This document shows, one piece after another, positions 1-14,804 of a stretch of 64,000 nucleotides of DNA. Within the stretch, counting starts at the first letter, position 1. Every line of letters begins with the position of its first letter. The translations under genes and the position numbers were made by a program. The notes beneath the pieces were generated by a model that saw only the letters and a program-made list of their open reading frames with translations, was not told the DNA's origin and did no database searches. Source of the stretch: Tubulanus polymorphus (taxonomy: Eukaryota > Animalia > Nemertea); NCBI RefSeq assembly GCF_964204645.1, contig NC_134027.1, positions 9,208,485-9,272,484 of the forward strand. The letters are read 5' to 3'.

Positions 1-1576
1 ATAACAAACGACCGCATATAATGGAACACAACCGTATATAATGGAGCTACGAGGTAGATTAGAAACTGGCATCATCTTTTTCGCTATCGTAGTAAAAGGC
101 TACCGTCACCTGGATCATAGCAGGGGAACAAACCACCCGGAAAACTGGGGAAAAAGCGACAGAGCAGCCGATAAATGAATTATCACGGCGAGACGTATTT
201 TGATATTGAAAAACAATTCGGATGGCGAATGTTTTGCGCTTTATACAAGAGTCGCATTTCAGTACGATCACGGAAACAACACTGATCCGCGGTGTGTTTA
301 TCAAGTGATGCGTCAAGAGTACGTAACACGAGATTAATATCAGAGGGGAATAACTAAACCAAATCATACGGCTGAACATGAGCCCGAAATGTCTCGACAC
401 ATGAAAATGTCACCTGGAGTGTGCGTCATAATGATCATCGGATGTACTTACTGATGAAATGTATATTTTGCAACATGCATTCTAACTCACGGCTTTGGAA
501 GCTTAATATGTAATGAGTTTGAATATTTAGAAAGCCCAATTTGTTAAAGTTTGATATTCTTTACTCACCTTACCGACTCGCAGCATTCGTTTATGACAAT
601 ATTATATGAAATACATAACATCCGACTCGGATATCGCTCAAGTCGGATTCATTTTACGATCCTAAAAAGATCCGACTTGAGTGAGTGAAGTCTGCTGTAT
701 ATTTGGTTGGGCGTCGAGTAGAAATTCGACATCTGATGATACAATATGTAAATTTTTCCGACCAATTTCGAATTATAGTTTTTGGGCAAAAATCTCATTG
801 CGATTATGATATTTTTTGCCGTAAGCACGTATCTATTCTTCATACGTAGGTGGACAACCATTCACGCCATGAACAAATAAGAAATAAGATTAGGTTTTTA
901 AGATGATCCACAATGACTGGATTGGGCTGCGAATCGCATCCTCGTCTTTCCGTGACAGCTCTAACCGAGCAAATTTTTTCAATAATCTATTAGGAAAAAG
1001 TGGGTCTTGGAGTTACGTGTTTGGTTTTTTCTGGTGTTGACGGAGGATGGTGAAGTAACCTACTGAGTGGATTCGTCTGGCGATCTCGAAGCACTCTCGA
1101 ATACATTTCACCCGCACAAGTAAGCTCAGACGTTGATGGATAAAGTAAAGAAAAATGAACAAGAAAACTACTTTGAAAGTTTATAATACACCTCGAAAAA
1201 ATAACATATATGTTGCATAACATAGTCCCACAATAAAAATTATATTATATCCGTATTATGTCGTTTTCTTCACTTAACTTTCATCTTATGTATATTTTTT
1301 CCTCTTTTCTAGGGCTGCTTTCTTGTATAAGCTAAATGTTGTTTCAAAGCAGTCCCTCATTTAATATCATTACATCTTTAATGCATTTCCTTATTCATTG
1401 ATTTTGTAAAATTTTTACTTGAAAAATAAATCATTATCATCTTATCATCAAAATGCAATATCAATGATATTGAGATCGATGAAGGTATTTTGGATTTGAA
1501 TGATAATTGAATTGGTCAACAACCAGTCTGGCTCCGATTTATTGATCATGTAGTGCAGATCTTCTCAAATACAATC

Positions 1577-1780
1577 ATAAGAATAAAATAAGAGGTTTGA
1601 AATGTATTTGATTACAAAGTAACCACCACAAATTCACAATTGTGATTGTTATTTCGACATGCCAATAACGATGACGTAGTGCACATCAACTCACACAGAA
1701 CCCTTAATGAAACATTCATGTACTAGGTATCAATGTATATAAACATAACAGTAACGGTTTTTACGACGTCAAAAATATGG
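1577..1780 (+). repeat. Dispersed repeat family copy 1 (unclassified)
   Basis: AATTCACAATTGT.ATTGTTAT..GATGACGTAGTGCACATC.ACTCACAC..AATGTATATAAACAT..GTAAC.GTTTTTACG.CGTCAAAAA recurs at 6077-6247 (-), 15355-15575 (+) and 37415-37535 (+). Confidence 0.75.
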
Positions 1781-4532
1781 AAAATACGAGCCGAAAACCT
1801 ACATAAGTCTTGCTAAGTATTTTTGATTGTTACTTATATAAGCATTCGTATAAATTGGACAATTGGAACAGATTATAAATGATAAACTAAAATGTATAGC
1901 TAACTGCTAAGATACCGAGATATTGAAATACCGAGCGCGCTACCCCATCGAGAGTCTTGCGTAAGAATATTTTCGATTTTCGACCGGCAGTCGTGTTTGG
2001 AAATATCTCTAAACGTCGCGGCCTCATCGCAAGAGCAGTTGTGTCAATACAACGCCATCGTAGTGTTTGCGCCAATAAAAAAAGGCGATACGTTCTTTTT
2101 GTCATCTTTTCACTTTCCACCGCGTTTTGCGTCATAGCCGCTAACGCACAATGTTTTGTTAGCCGTAGAAAAGTGGGAAAATCTAACGTATCAGCTACGT
2201 GCAGCGCCAGCGTAAATCTGGTTTTCGGCGCACGAGTACTATTTGAGTAAACATTCGATGGTTCTGTTGGGATATCAGCACCGCAAGCCGCGATCGGCAG
2301 ATTACGAGAAAACGAATAAACTGTGTATTTTGAGAAGTGGTCATGATTAATCTGCATTTTCAGAGAACTGGGTTACATAATTTTTACCGATGGAAAACTA
2401 CCGCCATCTGGAGTGATGATTTGAATTAAGTTGACGTCAATCTTATGAGTGAAATGGCATTGAATGAGTTTATATCGGTAGACGATATTTTCTATCCATT
2501 CATCTTTATTCGGGAAACAAAAGCGTAAACAAAAATGAGCTTAACCACGCAATACGCCTAATGTGGCATTGTATGCAAGGAAAAATACAAATCTAATTAA
2601 TGGTAACTAAAAGGCCGAAAAACAGTAGTTAACAACGTATTAAACATACGAAAAATGAAGATTTTGTGGGTTTAGTCGGTTCCCTCTTGATTTCGCCTTT
2701 TTACAAGTCGGCACAATATAGAAATTGATTCAAATGGTGCACCAGGATCTGAAACTACTACTACCGCAACAGAAATACGAAAATACTCAAATTACCTTTT
2801 TCATTTTCCTCGTAATATACAATCCCATATTTAGCAGACGGCACGATATTCTAATTGCATCTAATTGTAAATGTTGTTTTGTTGTCGGATACCCGTGCGA
2901 AGCAACTTATATTGCTCGAAAACAAATGCCACTAGTTGCTATCGTCGACCGTGAAGAGTTTGTGAAGCGTGCGCACGTTACCAGACGAGCGTCAATAAAT
3001 ATTGCAGATCGCGTTTCACCTTCCGATGACCGATAAGTTGTTGACGAGCCAAACGAAGGCAATAACAATGAGCGCCAATAGGCTGTAATTAAATGGCTAT
3101 TCGCAAATAGTCTACGTGCACCTGCCTACCAAAATAGTGAACACAAAATAAATGAAAAAGTACGTATAGTAATTAACTAAATATTCATCTGGTTGACGCA
3201 AATTAGTTCCATATGTATACTTATATTTCTTATTTGATATCAACTGCCTATATATTGCAACCTTTTTTCGGCGTTCGTTTCATTCATCATATAGAAGCCT
3301 TTTTACTTTTAGAATTAAGAATCTTGTGGATCTCTCCATTTGTGGGTAGCCATCCTCGGTCCGGTCACGACCATAGACGTCATATTGTCAAAGTGGATTT
3401 AGTTTGGGTGCCTGGGAACATTGAACAGCAGTTGACCACTGATTGACTTCATATGTTCTTGGTAAACCCGTTGTGAAGTAATCGAAATTTCCAGAACCGT
3501 CGGTAAAATTTCGTTTGAAAATTGATATTTGCTGATTAATCTACAATACGGTGTAAACAGACGGCATTCAGTTGCCGATAAATCAATGCAACAGCGCACA
3601 AAGGCAATTGAGATTTCTTCATTTATTCATGATTTAATACGGGACATAATAGCACCGGTCATTGGGTTGCGTACAGGAGATTATCAGACAGTATGTTCAC
3701 TTGGATCAGCCTCGTGATTCTTAACCAATTTTGGATAAGTTTCACTGCTAGATCATTTAGAAATTAAACTGTGACTGAATGCCGAAAATGCATTATTTTC
3801 TACGACTGTGAAGCATTGAGGATGTCATTTTTCGTGTGGGTGCTCATTCGAGTATATTACTGAATTGCCCGAATCTTGGATTTTTCCAGATTTCAAATGA
3901 ATTTGCCTAGCGTTTCATCAGCTAATTAAGAAGATCGACCTGATGCATTATAGTGAAATGCTGGATTCACTGGCGGTGCGCTCAGAAATGATGCTTTGTG
4001 CTTTTGTTTCTTTGCCATTCAACTAAGTGGTGAGGCGCAAGAAAACGGGCAAGATATTATTAGTACGAAGAGTGAAAAAGTGATTGGCATTTCTTTTTGA
4101 TAGCATCGATTGCTACGCAGCTTTTAATAAAACAGGGTGTCTATAATTCCTTTCGGCTTAGTGTTCACGTATTGATTAGCCGTTTGTTGACATATTCGCG
4201 TTTCACGGTGCGTCGATATTCCGCCGGTTTTTTAACTTGTTCGGAAGCAGACGAACGACGACGACTGTAGAATATTTGCTCTCCTCAAAGCTGGTCGCGA
4301 TCATTAAAAGCCCCCAAGCCGCTGATGGGAAGGTTTGAGTTCAAAGTTTTTGTCCGCTAAGAAGCTGTAGAATGCTTACGTACATCCCTATCAGATTATC
4401 GACCAAGTTCACTACGCAGATCGCAGTGTTGTGTTTTTCCCACGAAATTTATTATTCATTGATCCGCGAGTAGGATGCATCGTAAACAATGGACTCAATG
4501 AAAATCTTAAAGATAATAGCTCCTAGTTTAAA

Positions 4533-4699
4533 GAGAGAAATCCCACTATAAATTCAGCCAAAAATGAAAAGTTCTATGGTAAAATGATAATCCGAGGTAA
4601 GTTTCGGCTAAATGCTATTAGCCATCATCAAGCGCACTGACCAGTACGCCTGATGAAGTTTTCATTTTTTGGCTGAATATTTATTGTAGGATTTCTCTC
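4533..4699. mobile_element. Short MITE with ~42-bp TIRs
   Basis: GAGAGAAATCC..ATTCAGCCAAAAATGAAAA mirrored by TTTTCATTTTTTGGCTGAAT..GGATTTCTCTC. Left flank TTAA, so possibly Kolobok-like. Confidence 0.6.
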
Positions 4700-6076
4700 G
4701 GTATTCATCTTACACGGATATCGCGTATCTTCTTGACTCATTGCTCCTGTTTATTCCATTCAATCATATTTTATAAGCCACGAGGAAACGAAATCAAATT
4801 TCACGAACAGTACAAAAGATTAATGAGGTCTTTCGGTGTGGTGTAGTCCATCGGAAATAACATTTCGAGACTGTGAGCAACTGTTATGTCATCATTCAAT
4901 CGGTCGGTGTAAAACCAATCAAAGATAACATCCCTGAAAGCTCCATAAATTATCGACAGTCATTGAATGAACATATTATTCAGTGCCATTCCGGGAAAAG
5001 GGATCAATCCGAATTATTGACGCGCGACCCGAGCAGCGGTCAAACAGCCAGATATATCACGCGAACCAGACATCGGTCAAACAGGCTGCTATACGCTATC
5101 AGTTCAATCAGATCAAGAACGACCGATTTTGAACTCTTTCTGAGCTGCGTCGACCTTATTCCTCGTATGTATTCAAATCGTGGCTTATTATCTCATTCGA
5201 TAGCATTTACTATTGTGCATAACCTGATCTTGGATAATAGTCGAAATCCAAATATCATCAACTGATTTTCGTTTATGTGGTAATGCTGTTACGGTGCCCA
5301 ATGATGATCTTGTGCAAGTGTTTAAGAGAACAGCTGCTTGGGTTATTTCAAATTTTACATTCTAACCAGGATCGGGTCTAGGATCTGTTAGGGGCGCACT
5401 CCTGGATCTGTCCCTGCTAACTAATAATAATAATCACTGCTTTCCATTATCACACATAATCAATGTTTGATGAAGGTTAATTGTTGTTCCGAGATTTGTA
5501 GTAAAGCCGGTTAATCTTTTTTTTTAGATTTCTGAATATACGAACGTGCATACGCAATGAATCAACTAATTGCTTTCTGTTTACGGCTAATACCCATTGC
5601 AACGCTCAATCCTAAAAAAAAAACATTCCCCAGGGCTCCATTAAAAATCAATTTTATGGACAAAAAAAACGCTCTGCAAAAATTTTCCGATTGACTAGAT
5701 TTATTCATAAATGATACATTTGAATAAATTTGATTCATCTATATAATTGATAATTCTTCCGGTTCCCACACTGGAAAAAGATTGTTTTTCGATGGCAATA
5801 TATGCAGCATATATGTCAATTATTTCCATTGTCAGTTCCCCCACTTTCTCAGCGCGTTAATATAGCTATATGTAACATGGTAATAATAACCATGATTCGC
5901 GTGAGATAATTTCACTCTCTTTTCTAGGATATCGGCGTTGACATGTATCTCTTTGTCTTACGTCATCATTTCATTTGCCATCTAGGCTAACATATACTTC
6001 AACACCTCTTTTTTTACGAAAGATCAACGCTGGTAATACATCGTGAATTACTGACTGATTACTGATATCGAGAAAG

Positions 6077-6247
6077 ATTTTTGACGCCATAAAAACCCTT
6101 ACAATACTGTTTATAAACAGTACAGTGTGAGTCGATGTGCACTATGTCATCAAAACTAGCGTTTCATAATAACAATTACAACTGTGAATTTTGGCGTTTA
6201 TTTTGTAATCAAATATATTTCATGACTCCTATTTCATTTTTTATGGA
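6077..6247 (-). repeat. Dispersed repeat family copy 2
   Basis: Reverse-complement similarity to 1577-1780 (GTGTGAGTCGATGTGCACTATGTCATC, TGTGAATTTTGGCGTTTA). Confidence 0.7.
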
Positions 6248-6276
6248 TCTTAATTAAATCATTTTCTTGAAAGTCA

Positions 6277-6454
<178 letters not shown>

Positions 6455-7728
6455 ATTTTTCAAGGCGTCAAATAACCATCAAAACTATCAAGTTAGTTTT
6501 CTTGTTAAATATATCCTAAAGATTTACTTTAAGATTAATTTTATCTAAAGCCCATTAGTTTTTCATATCGATATCATCGTTCGGGACTGATAGAAAGAAC
6601 AATTTCGACTATAACCTAAAAATCATCCTCGACGCTGACTTAACATCACCATCAAAAACTACATTCGTGGCTAAAAAACCTCAAACGTCTCATTCGAAGT
6701 AATTCTGGTGTTATTTGCATTTCTCGCTTTCATCGGTTGAGCCTGTGTGTAATCGGCTTTCCATTGAGCAAGTTTAACGACGACAAACGAATCGGCGCAA
6801 TCTCAAACAGGATTTCGTCTCTTACTACGCTTAATTTAAACTGTAGCTTTTTAAAACCGTGCGCGGCGTTCTTGTCGGCGATCCTACGCACGAACCAATG
6901 GAAAAAATTCAATCGCATTTAGTATGCATTGAGTAGACAATATTTCCAGCTATTCGCTACTACTCCAGCGCCAGATTACCGATTTTAACCGATGTTTGAT
7001 CGTGAATTTGTTCACACAAATCGAGATCGGGAACTACGCAGTTTTCGAGAACGTCGACCTTTCATTTTACGAGCAGCGACCATCTGCGATTGAAATGAAA
7101 ATTCTGAAAATGATTGCCAAGTCGAATTCTTTTTATCGTACGAAGAAAAGGTCATTACGTCAACAATTATCACGCTTAAATTCACGCTGCGTAATATTGA
7201 CAAATGTATTACTTCATTTTCTGTTTACCATTACGGGGTTTCGTAGTTTTGATTAACGCTGGGAACCACGTTAACTATTATTACTAACTATAACCTGAGG
7301 TTGAGATTACGGACAAGGTATTTCCCTTGGCGCACCGGCTTGTCATTGAACACGGAGCTTTGCGCACGATATCATAGTTGAATTTGGAAAGATTCTAAAG
7401 CGGTTGCATGAATTTCTAGACGGCTGTAAATGACGCGAGAGAGTTTCAATGTCAATTTTTTTACGGTAACATTCCCCGACATCGATAACGAGTGATATAT
7501 ACGTAAATTCCCCCGTTTCATATTACGATATTCAACATACAGACATAATTTGACGGCGCGCACGAGCGTTTTATGCTCGAGGCGATATTCGTTCGCCGTC
7601 GATAGTCAACGCTTCGGGTTTACTTGTTTTAGAGTTTTAGACATGTATCCGGTGATGGTGGTACTTTATATACCCGAGGGCATTTTATGATTCTGATTAC
7701 GGATGCTCGCGGTGAGGTTGGGCTGTGT

Positions 7729-8033
7729 TCATCCTCCCTATAGACAGAGATTCGAACCTGATGGCATCGAGGCTCGTCGTGTTCCGAAACTCTCCCAAAC
7801 TAGACCGAGTGCGCAGATGATGTCATTATTGGCCAATCAGGGACCCCGTTTCATTTTCACTCGGTTTTTTCCAATTATAGTTATCCGTGAAATTTGCCAC
7901 AGCGACTACGGGCAATCTGATAAGTGCCGCGAGTTTTCGCGCGGTAAACCTGCGCATGTACCAGCGCATCCGGTCTAGTCTTGCAGGGTTTCGAGTCTAG
8001 CGATGCCATCAGGTTCGAACCGGGGGAGGATGA
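7729..8033. mobile_element. MITE (TIR core TTCGAACCTGATGGCATCG)
   Basis: Inverted ends TTCGAACCTGATGGCATCG / CGATGCCATCAGGTTCGAA with inner CTAGACCG/CGGTCTAG; second copy at 11977-12252. Confidence 0.75.
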
Positions 8034-9342
8034 GGCGTATCATTCTAGCGAAAAAATCGAGTTGGACATCGAGTCGTCGTCGAGGGAGTATTAAGCGGCT
8101 AAAAAGCATCCATATAGTCGCCGCTGCCGCTAGACATCAATTCGACTTAGCGATTAATGTTTATTAATAGCAGGTTTAGTGACCGGATGCTAGGCATAAA
8201 GCCGTCAAATTGATATAAATACTTGACGAGACCGACATCTCGAGTCAAGGGACACTAGGTGGGCGTTTAAGCGCGGCTTACGCGAATCTCATTCAGATTT
8301 ATATTCGAGCAATGCCCACAACTGGTCATTAGGATTGCAGTTACGAACAATCATCTCACCATCCAACCGCCACGCGGTTCATTTTTCTTGTCGAAAATTA
8401 CGCGTTGTCGGGGAATGATTTTTCTTAGCATGAAAAGCACGTGGGCACGTGACTTCCAAATATATTGACACTGTCGAATCGTTTTGCACGAATAAGATTC
8501 TTCAAAGCGCTTTATTCCGGTTAATGGTTTCAACCTATACTGCTACTTCAATTAATTTTGCACTCACTTTTGGTGATCTTTTCTCGTACAAAATGACACC
8601 CACCGAAAAGAAAACAGTTCGTCCCTCCCTCCCTTAACGGGTATTACATGTTCTGACTGACCTTTACTCGAGTCAAAAGTAAATAACGTAAAATGACATC
8701 CAGGCACGTACCCAACTTTCTGATCAACCATACAAAACTTCCCTAAACTTGAAAATCAATTTCCATCTCGTCTGCCACCTTCGCTCCGGCGCTGCACTCT
8801 GTGGAAATTGGATATGATACTATACAGTCGCTGTGATATTGCTAAGCGGCAGAAGAAATCGGTTTATTCAACGTATCAAACGACACGATAACGAAGACAA
8901 TCTGAAAATATCGAACGACCGCACGTATGCGTGATAGGTGATAGGGACGCATTTGTCACCATTAAACAAAATAAACTAGCTGTAAAATATTTATAATGAC
9001 TGCGCGGCAGGGAACGTTCATCTTCTGTCTTTATTAAGCTGTCACCAAATACACAACATCGATATAAACACCTTTCCGTCTGCATAGTTATCAGAAAGCT
9101 AGCTACATTTCATATATATTTAGTATTGTACGCATTCTTGATGACACTGACTCATCTAAACTCAGATATTTGATAGCACCAGGCATTAGGCTATCTTACT
9201 GATAAGAATTGTTTCGAAATTCTACTAGGGTTACGACAATCATCTGAAATTCGTCTTGTTGAACCACTTTATCGAACAGAGTTCTGTGGTTCACGATCCG
9301 TCTCATCACCTTGTTTGCGGGATGATTTGCCAAAATCCATCC

Positions 9343-9571
9343 CAGGGTGGCCACTTACCTGGAAATCAGGAAAAAGTCAGGGTATTTTGTGAAATAGCTA
9401 GATCGCGTGTAAAATCAAACTGTTTGCTTCTATGTTTTACGTATTTGACTAAGTTAAGTCATTGGATTCTTAGCAGATCATGTCAGGGAAACAATATACA
9501 ACAGCGTACATGTCAGAAAATAGCCAGGGAAAAGTCAGGGAAAAATATGTAAAATAAAAGTGGCCACCCTG
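9343..9571. mobile_element. MITE with 14-bp TIR and 5-bp TSD (hAT-like termini)
   Basis: CAGGGTGGCCACTT..AAGTGGCCACCCTG; TSD CATCC (9338-9342, 9572-9576); internal GTCAGGGAAA repeats. Confidence 0.85.
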
Positions 9572-9579
9572 CATCCTTA

Positions 9580-9730
9580 ACCTACCATGGAGTCTTTAAA
9601 ACGTGCTTTAAAAACATCTTTATTCAATGAGTTTCTATACGATTAGTGACTGTTTAAAGAAAATACATATTTTGTAAAGAGCTTTGAGATCGTTTTAATG
9701 GAAAGCGCTTTTCAATAGTAAATTAGTACT
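9580..9730 (+). mobile_element. L2-like LINE 3' end remnant
   Basis: SLKRALKTSLF-type end followed by TGTAAAGAGCTTTGAGAT..GGAAAGCGCTTT. Confidence 0.45.
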
Positions 9731-11976
9731 AATGTCATTATAGCTCATCACTTTTTGTCGACTCGTTATTTTCGGTTCGTCGTAACAGCAACCAACACGT
9801 TTATCGTTTTTATTTTCATTTCCCACATAAGTTATCCTTCGTAAAAGTTCACCGTGTCCTCGACAGTTCTCCTTGAGATATAAACGCTTTTGTAAATAAT
9901 GATCGAATTCATCTCTGGAACCGAGATGAAAAAGAAATTGAAATGCAAAAATGCAAATTATACTGATCGTTCAATTAAGCCGTGTTTAAAGTTGCCAATT
10001 TTGTTGCCGTCCTCTCTTGTAGGGTTTCCTGCTAGAATATTCAGATTTTATAGCGTTCAATTAATACCACGGTTCTTTTGTTGAAGATACTTTTTTTAAT
10101 CTAAAGTAAACGCCTCTTCGCTTATTGTTATTAATTTTCCAGAAAATCCCGCTCGAATTCTTTCCACGAATGTCGCTTACCGTTCGAAATTGTTGGGAAT
10201 TTTCCATCGGGAAAAATTTACCCAGGCGATAATTAATTACCCAAACAACTCTCTTACCGCCCAGTATTGTATCGAATATATTTCGTTTGCATATGCGATA
10301 ACATAATAAACGGGACTTTAACGCGAAAATGTGACAGGTTTAACCGTTCAAACACAGGCCACGCGGCGACCAGGCGAACCGACCCACGAGAATCGCCCCG
10401 AAATTGACTTTAGTATGTGGTCGGTCGCAATCTACATATTATACGCGTATCGCGCTGAAACAGGTTTTCAAAATGCCAACCGTCGGGAATTAGTTGCGAG
10501 AATAATGGGAAATTTGGATATAGAATTTTTGATATTCAAATACGCGTCGATTGCCATCTTGATGTAACGATAGATTAGAGATTACCAGTCGCTGTTTGAT
10601 ACGTTCAAATAAGACAGATCGGCTTTATTTTTTCGTCTTTAAAACGTGGCTATTATATTTCTTCAGGGCATAGTTACTGGATGTAATAGTCAAATTGTGT
10701 TGTTTTTATATGATTCGGGCCATTGTGCTGATTGAGGCACGATAAAACATTTTTACATTATAAAAAATTATATCGTGTCTCTATCAATAAAGACAATTTT
10801 TTTTAGGAAAGGCCCGAATTAGCCACTATAGTTAGACCAAGACATAATGGGATTCAAATATTGTCTATACTTATATATTGTTTAGTCTTCGAGTTTTCGA
10901 GAAGGCACAACCAGGTACCATTTTATTGGAAGATACTGAGGATTATGTCGTTCGGAAATTTAATCGAGGTTAGGAAACCGAGAATCCCACATTTCAGTTC
11001 GCACTCTCACTCTTCTACATGCAGTAAGCAACCTTTTTGAATCTGATTTTGAAATTGGCTCATAGATTTGAGTCGAAATGTCAGATTCTCTCCTAGTTGT
11101 TTCATCAATTCGAGGGATTTTCATTTCATTAAAAAAATTCTCCTTTTAAAACACCGAAAATAACTTTTCTACGAAGTTCAGTTTTTTGCAGTTCTTTAAA
11201 GAACGTTAGTTAGACGCGATATATCCAATTTAGAAATGATTATCGCCTAAAATAATCCTACGAATTCAATTCAAAGAAAAAATCACTCTCCGAGTATAGC
11301 AACATCTGACAGCATACTGGAATATACAATACATATACATTGTAAATACATCAAAGGTGACACTTCATTCCGAAAACCTTCTTATTTCTCGATATTAGGA
11401 CTACCGATAGCGAGGGACGAAGTTGGCGAAAAGGGTTTCACCTAATTTCTTCGTGATTACGCGAGGTTCACACCAATACATTCGGTATTCTCGGCGATCA
11501 CGATTGCCCAAATCAACCCCCCGGTCGTTGACATTCAACATTTCGATAACTAACAATTCGATTGACATTTCAATTAATAAGACACCGAAAAGTAGGTTCA
11601 CTGATTATCTACCACTAGCAACGTCTAAACGCATACATATCCAATTTTGTCGACTGTCTCGAAATCTGCTCGATTGCAGCTATCAGCAAATAATGCCAAT
11701 TGTGTAATGTACAGTCAGCACAATATATCACGATTAACAACGGTAGTTGTTCGGATAAATTGAACCGTTTTCCTATCACGATCATTCGTTCGTTATAACA
11801 AAAAGAGCGACGACTACAAAAGGACGACGACGACCGCCATTGAACAACTGAGGAAATGGGGAGGGAAACCGATCTCATAAACCCATATATCTCACGATAC
11901 ACCACGCTCATAGTATAATTAGATATTCATTGCCAAGGGTTTTTAACATTAAACAACTTGGGCAGTCCCATAGGCG

Positions 11977-12252
11977 CATCAACCCCCGGCAGGGGTTCGA
12001 ACCTGATGGCATCGAAACTCGCAACGGTACAAAACCCGCCACGCCAACCCGAGTGCGCAACCACCTGTCATTACTAAGCTAATCAGATATCCCGTTATAC
12101 TTTAGCCCGGGTTCTCCATTTATATTTTAGCCGTGAAATTTGTCCAGCGATTATACAAAGAGCAATCTGATTGGTGCCGCGGGTTTTTGCGCGGCTAACA
12201 TGGGCATGTCTCTGCGCACTCGGTCTAGTGTGAAAGGGTTTTGTGCCATTGC
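11977..12252 (+). mobile_element. Second, right-truncated copy of the 7729 MITE family
   Basis: Colinear similarity to 7750-8000 (GTTCGAACCTGATGGCATCGA, CCGAGTGCGCA, CCGTGAAATTT, GCAATCTGAT, CGGTCTAGT). Confidence 0.75.
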
Positions 12253-14804
12253 TTAGACTGGTTGCCGGTCTCTACCTTCAGTTGGATTCGTTTTTATTCT
12301 GACTGCGCGCGAATGCAGGTGGCGCAGAATGAGGACTTTACGTACGACTGTGGCAATCGAGGATTCCACTTATGGCAAGCGATGATTCACCAGGATCGCT
12401 TGTGAGCATTAAGACAACAACTCTCGGATTTCTTCTCATATTCAATTAAAATCTATCCATAATTTCTCATATTCTGCATATGGTGATAAGTTAAGTCCAC
12501 CCTATATATGAACCTTAAGATCATCTTAGTTTATCAAGATTAGTGATTTGCCTAATTTCTGATGAGGCTAAGAATCTAGATGAAAGTTCATTGAAAATGA
12601 ACTAGATTTTGACAGGGTTGTCGCACTGATACGCACGCCATCTAGTGGAATAGCTGGAGGCACATAGTCCTCATTGGACAGGCAACAAGCCGAGTCTCTG
12701 AATATATGATCAGGCTCGAATCCCTGGCTGGGGAGGATGCATAGGTGTCGGTGGAACTACAAAAAGCTCGTTCTTTCAGTGGTTCATACGCTCATCCATC
12801 GCTTAATGGTTTGCGAGAATTGCGACGAGATGCCTTTGAATTATGATACATCGTTATTAATCATTAGCCGGATTGAGAAGAAGGCAAATTTAAGAATTTG
12901 TAATCTGAAGTGTAAATTATTTATTAACGATGTCTGTCGCATCCCGATAAAATGACTAAGCGGATGCAAATTCAACTGAACGACATCTGATATACGACCG
13001 TCTGTGGTTAAGATGTATACGCTGTAAATGGATATTACAATGTTTCAAAATCATCTTCAGGCGCATTATTCTACCGGCTACAGAGACTTGCCAAATTTCA
13101 GACAAATACCAAGATTCATCATTAACGCACAAGATACCGTTATACTGTCCTACAAACGAACCGCCGACTTCGAATACGCCATATTCTCGGCCTTGCCATT
13201 TTTACCAGATACAATCGGAAATTGAAAACTAACATGTTGTTTCTTTAATCAGAATACGACCGAACGCAACGTCAATGCTATCATTATCTCTGTATCGAGG
13301 TTTGTATGAACGACGGGGAATCGCGCGTGGGTGTTTGCGAAACAATCATAACTAAACGAAGCGACTTATAATTCCTATTTCCCCACGCACATAATTAACA
13401 TCTTTCGTTTTATACTATCTAAGCCCATCTTAAACGAGGCTATTGAACTATTTCTGCCAAGTAATGGTTGCCATTGCACAACTCAATCAGGCGAAAATGA
13501 TATCATGAATCATTACTCACTGAACAGGATGTCTTGGGGTTTTGACTGGGCGTCAGGTTAAACAAATTGATACCTTGTACCTCATTTTAGTTGAGTTTAA
13601 ATGCCGACCCGGCGGGCCGCCTCTTTACCCTTTACATTATTTTGTTTAATCGTCAGTTAGCCATTACATACCCGGCAGCTATGTGAACTGATTACAGATT
13701 CCATTGTAGTTTACAAGGCCAGATTACCCGGTTGATTAAAAGAAACAAAGCACCATTTTGCTTTAGTCCTATAGATAGATATCTCATCATTTTCCGTACA
13801 AAAAGTCGGTCGTCGTCACGAGGGAGGATAAATAAGCTCGATCCGCTGGAGCATCAGGGAATTAACGCCAAGCAAAATGCCACGCGCGCGTGTTAGGCGA
13901 TTTTCACCGGACTATGGACTAAACACGCAACACGTCATATTGTATTTACGCGAATTATTGACGGAAGACTGTCGACTGTATACCCATCGCGCTCACTTGG
14001 CAACCTAGGAAAGGCCATGTTTCCCTTGTCGACGCCGAAATACGTTCGAACACGAACCAGATGACGAGAAATAGACATGCTTAGTTAGCTATTATTGACC
14101 ATAGATTAGAAAAAAAACATCGAAAACGCGTTCTTGGTACATTGAATCCTTTGGTTTATTGATATATTCATTAATGATTATGTCCGAAAATGAAGCCTCA
14201 TTTACAGCCCCTTCTAACAGTTTACATACAAACTAACAATCATATTCCTAAACCCATGATGAAGGATATTTCAGATGTGTCAAACCAATCTTCTCCGGGT
14301 TGCAAGGTCATCAAGTATACATGTATACCAATCGGATGTGTCAATTACCGGTGGAAGTCTCGTGGCGTTGAAAAAACCCCCGTACATCGCCAGCAGCAAT
14401 GCGGCTGTTATTTTTGCACAGCATCAGATCGTCTGGATGGACTTTCCCCGACGCGTGGTTCTCCAGTTCTTCGATTATTCCGTTGGCGAACAATAATCAT
14501 TCGATCCATCACGTAATTCTCGCCTCCCGATTGCTACTTACCGACGGCCGATTGTTACCGGTCCATCTGGCTGTCGGCTGATACCGATGTCCCGCCATAG
14601 ATGATGAATAAGTAAAGCTGTTACGAGGCGGATAATGTAGGTGCGGTTGTCTATAAAATACATCGGGTTCTCGGCGAGAACGTTGTTTAATTCGCATGTG
14701 ATGGATAACGCGATAAGGCCCCGACGAAGTTGTTTACGACAGTATAGTTGAAAGTCTTACGCGACAGATTACGGCCACGACACTCACGTACGTATCAGAT
14801 CAAT

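Noticed and set aside
1887-2357. 156-aa ORF and overlapping 97-aa ORF
   Set aside because: No recognisable domain or splice context; composition looks like random non-coding translation.
12555-12600. CTGATGA...GAAA hammerhead candidate
   Set aside because: No credible stem II or flanking stems.
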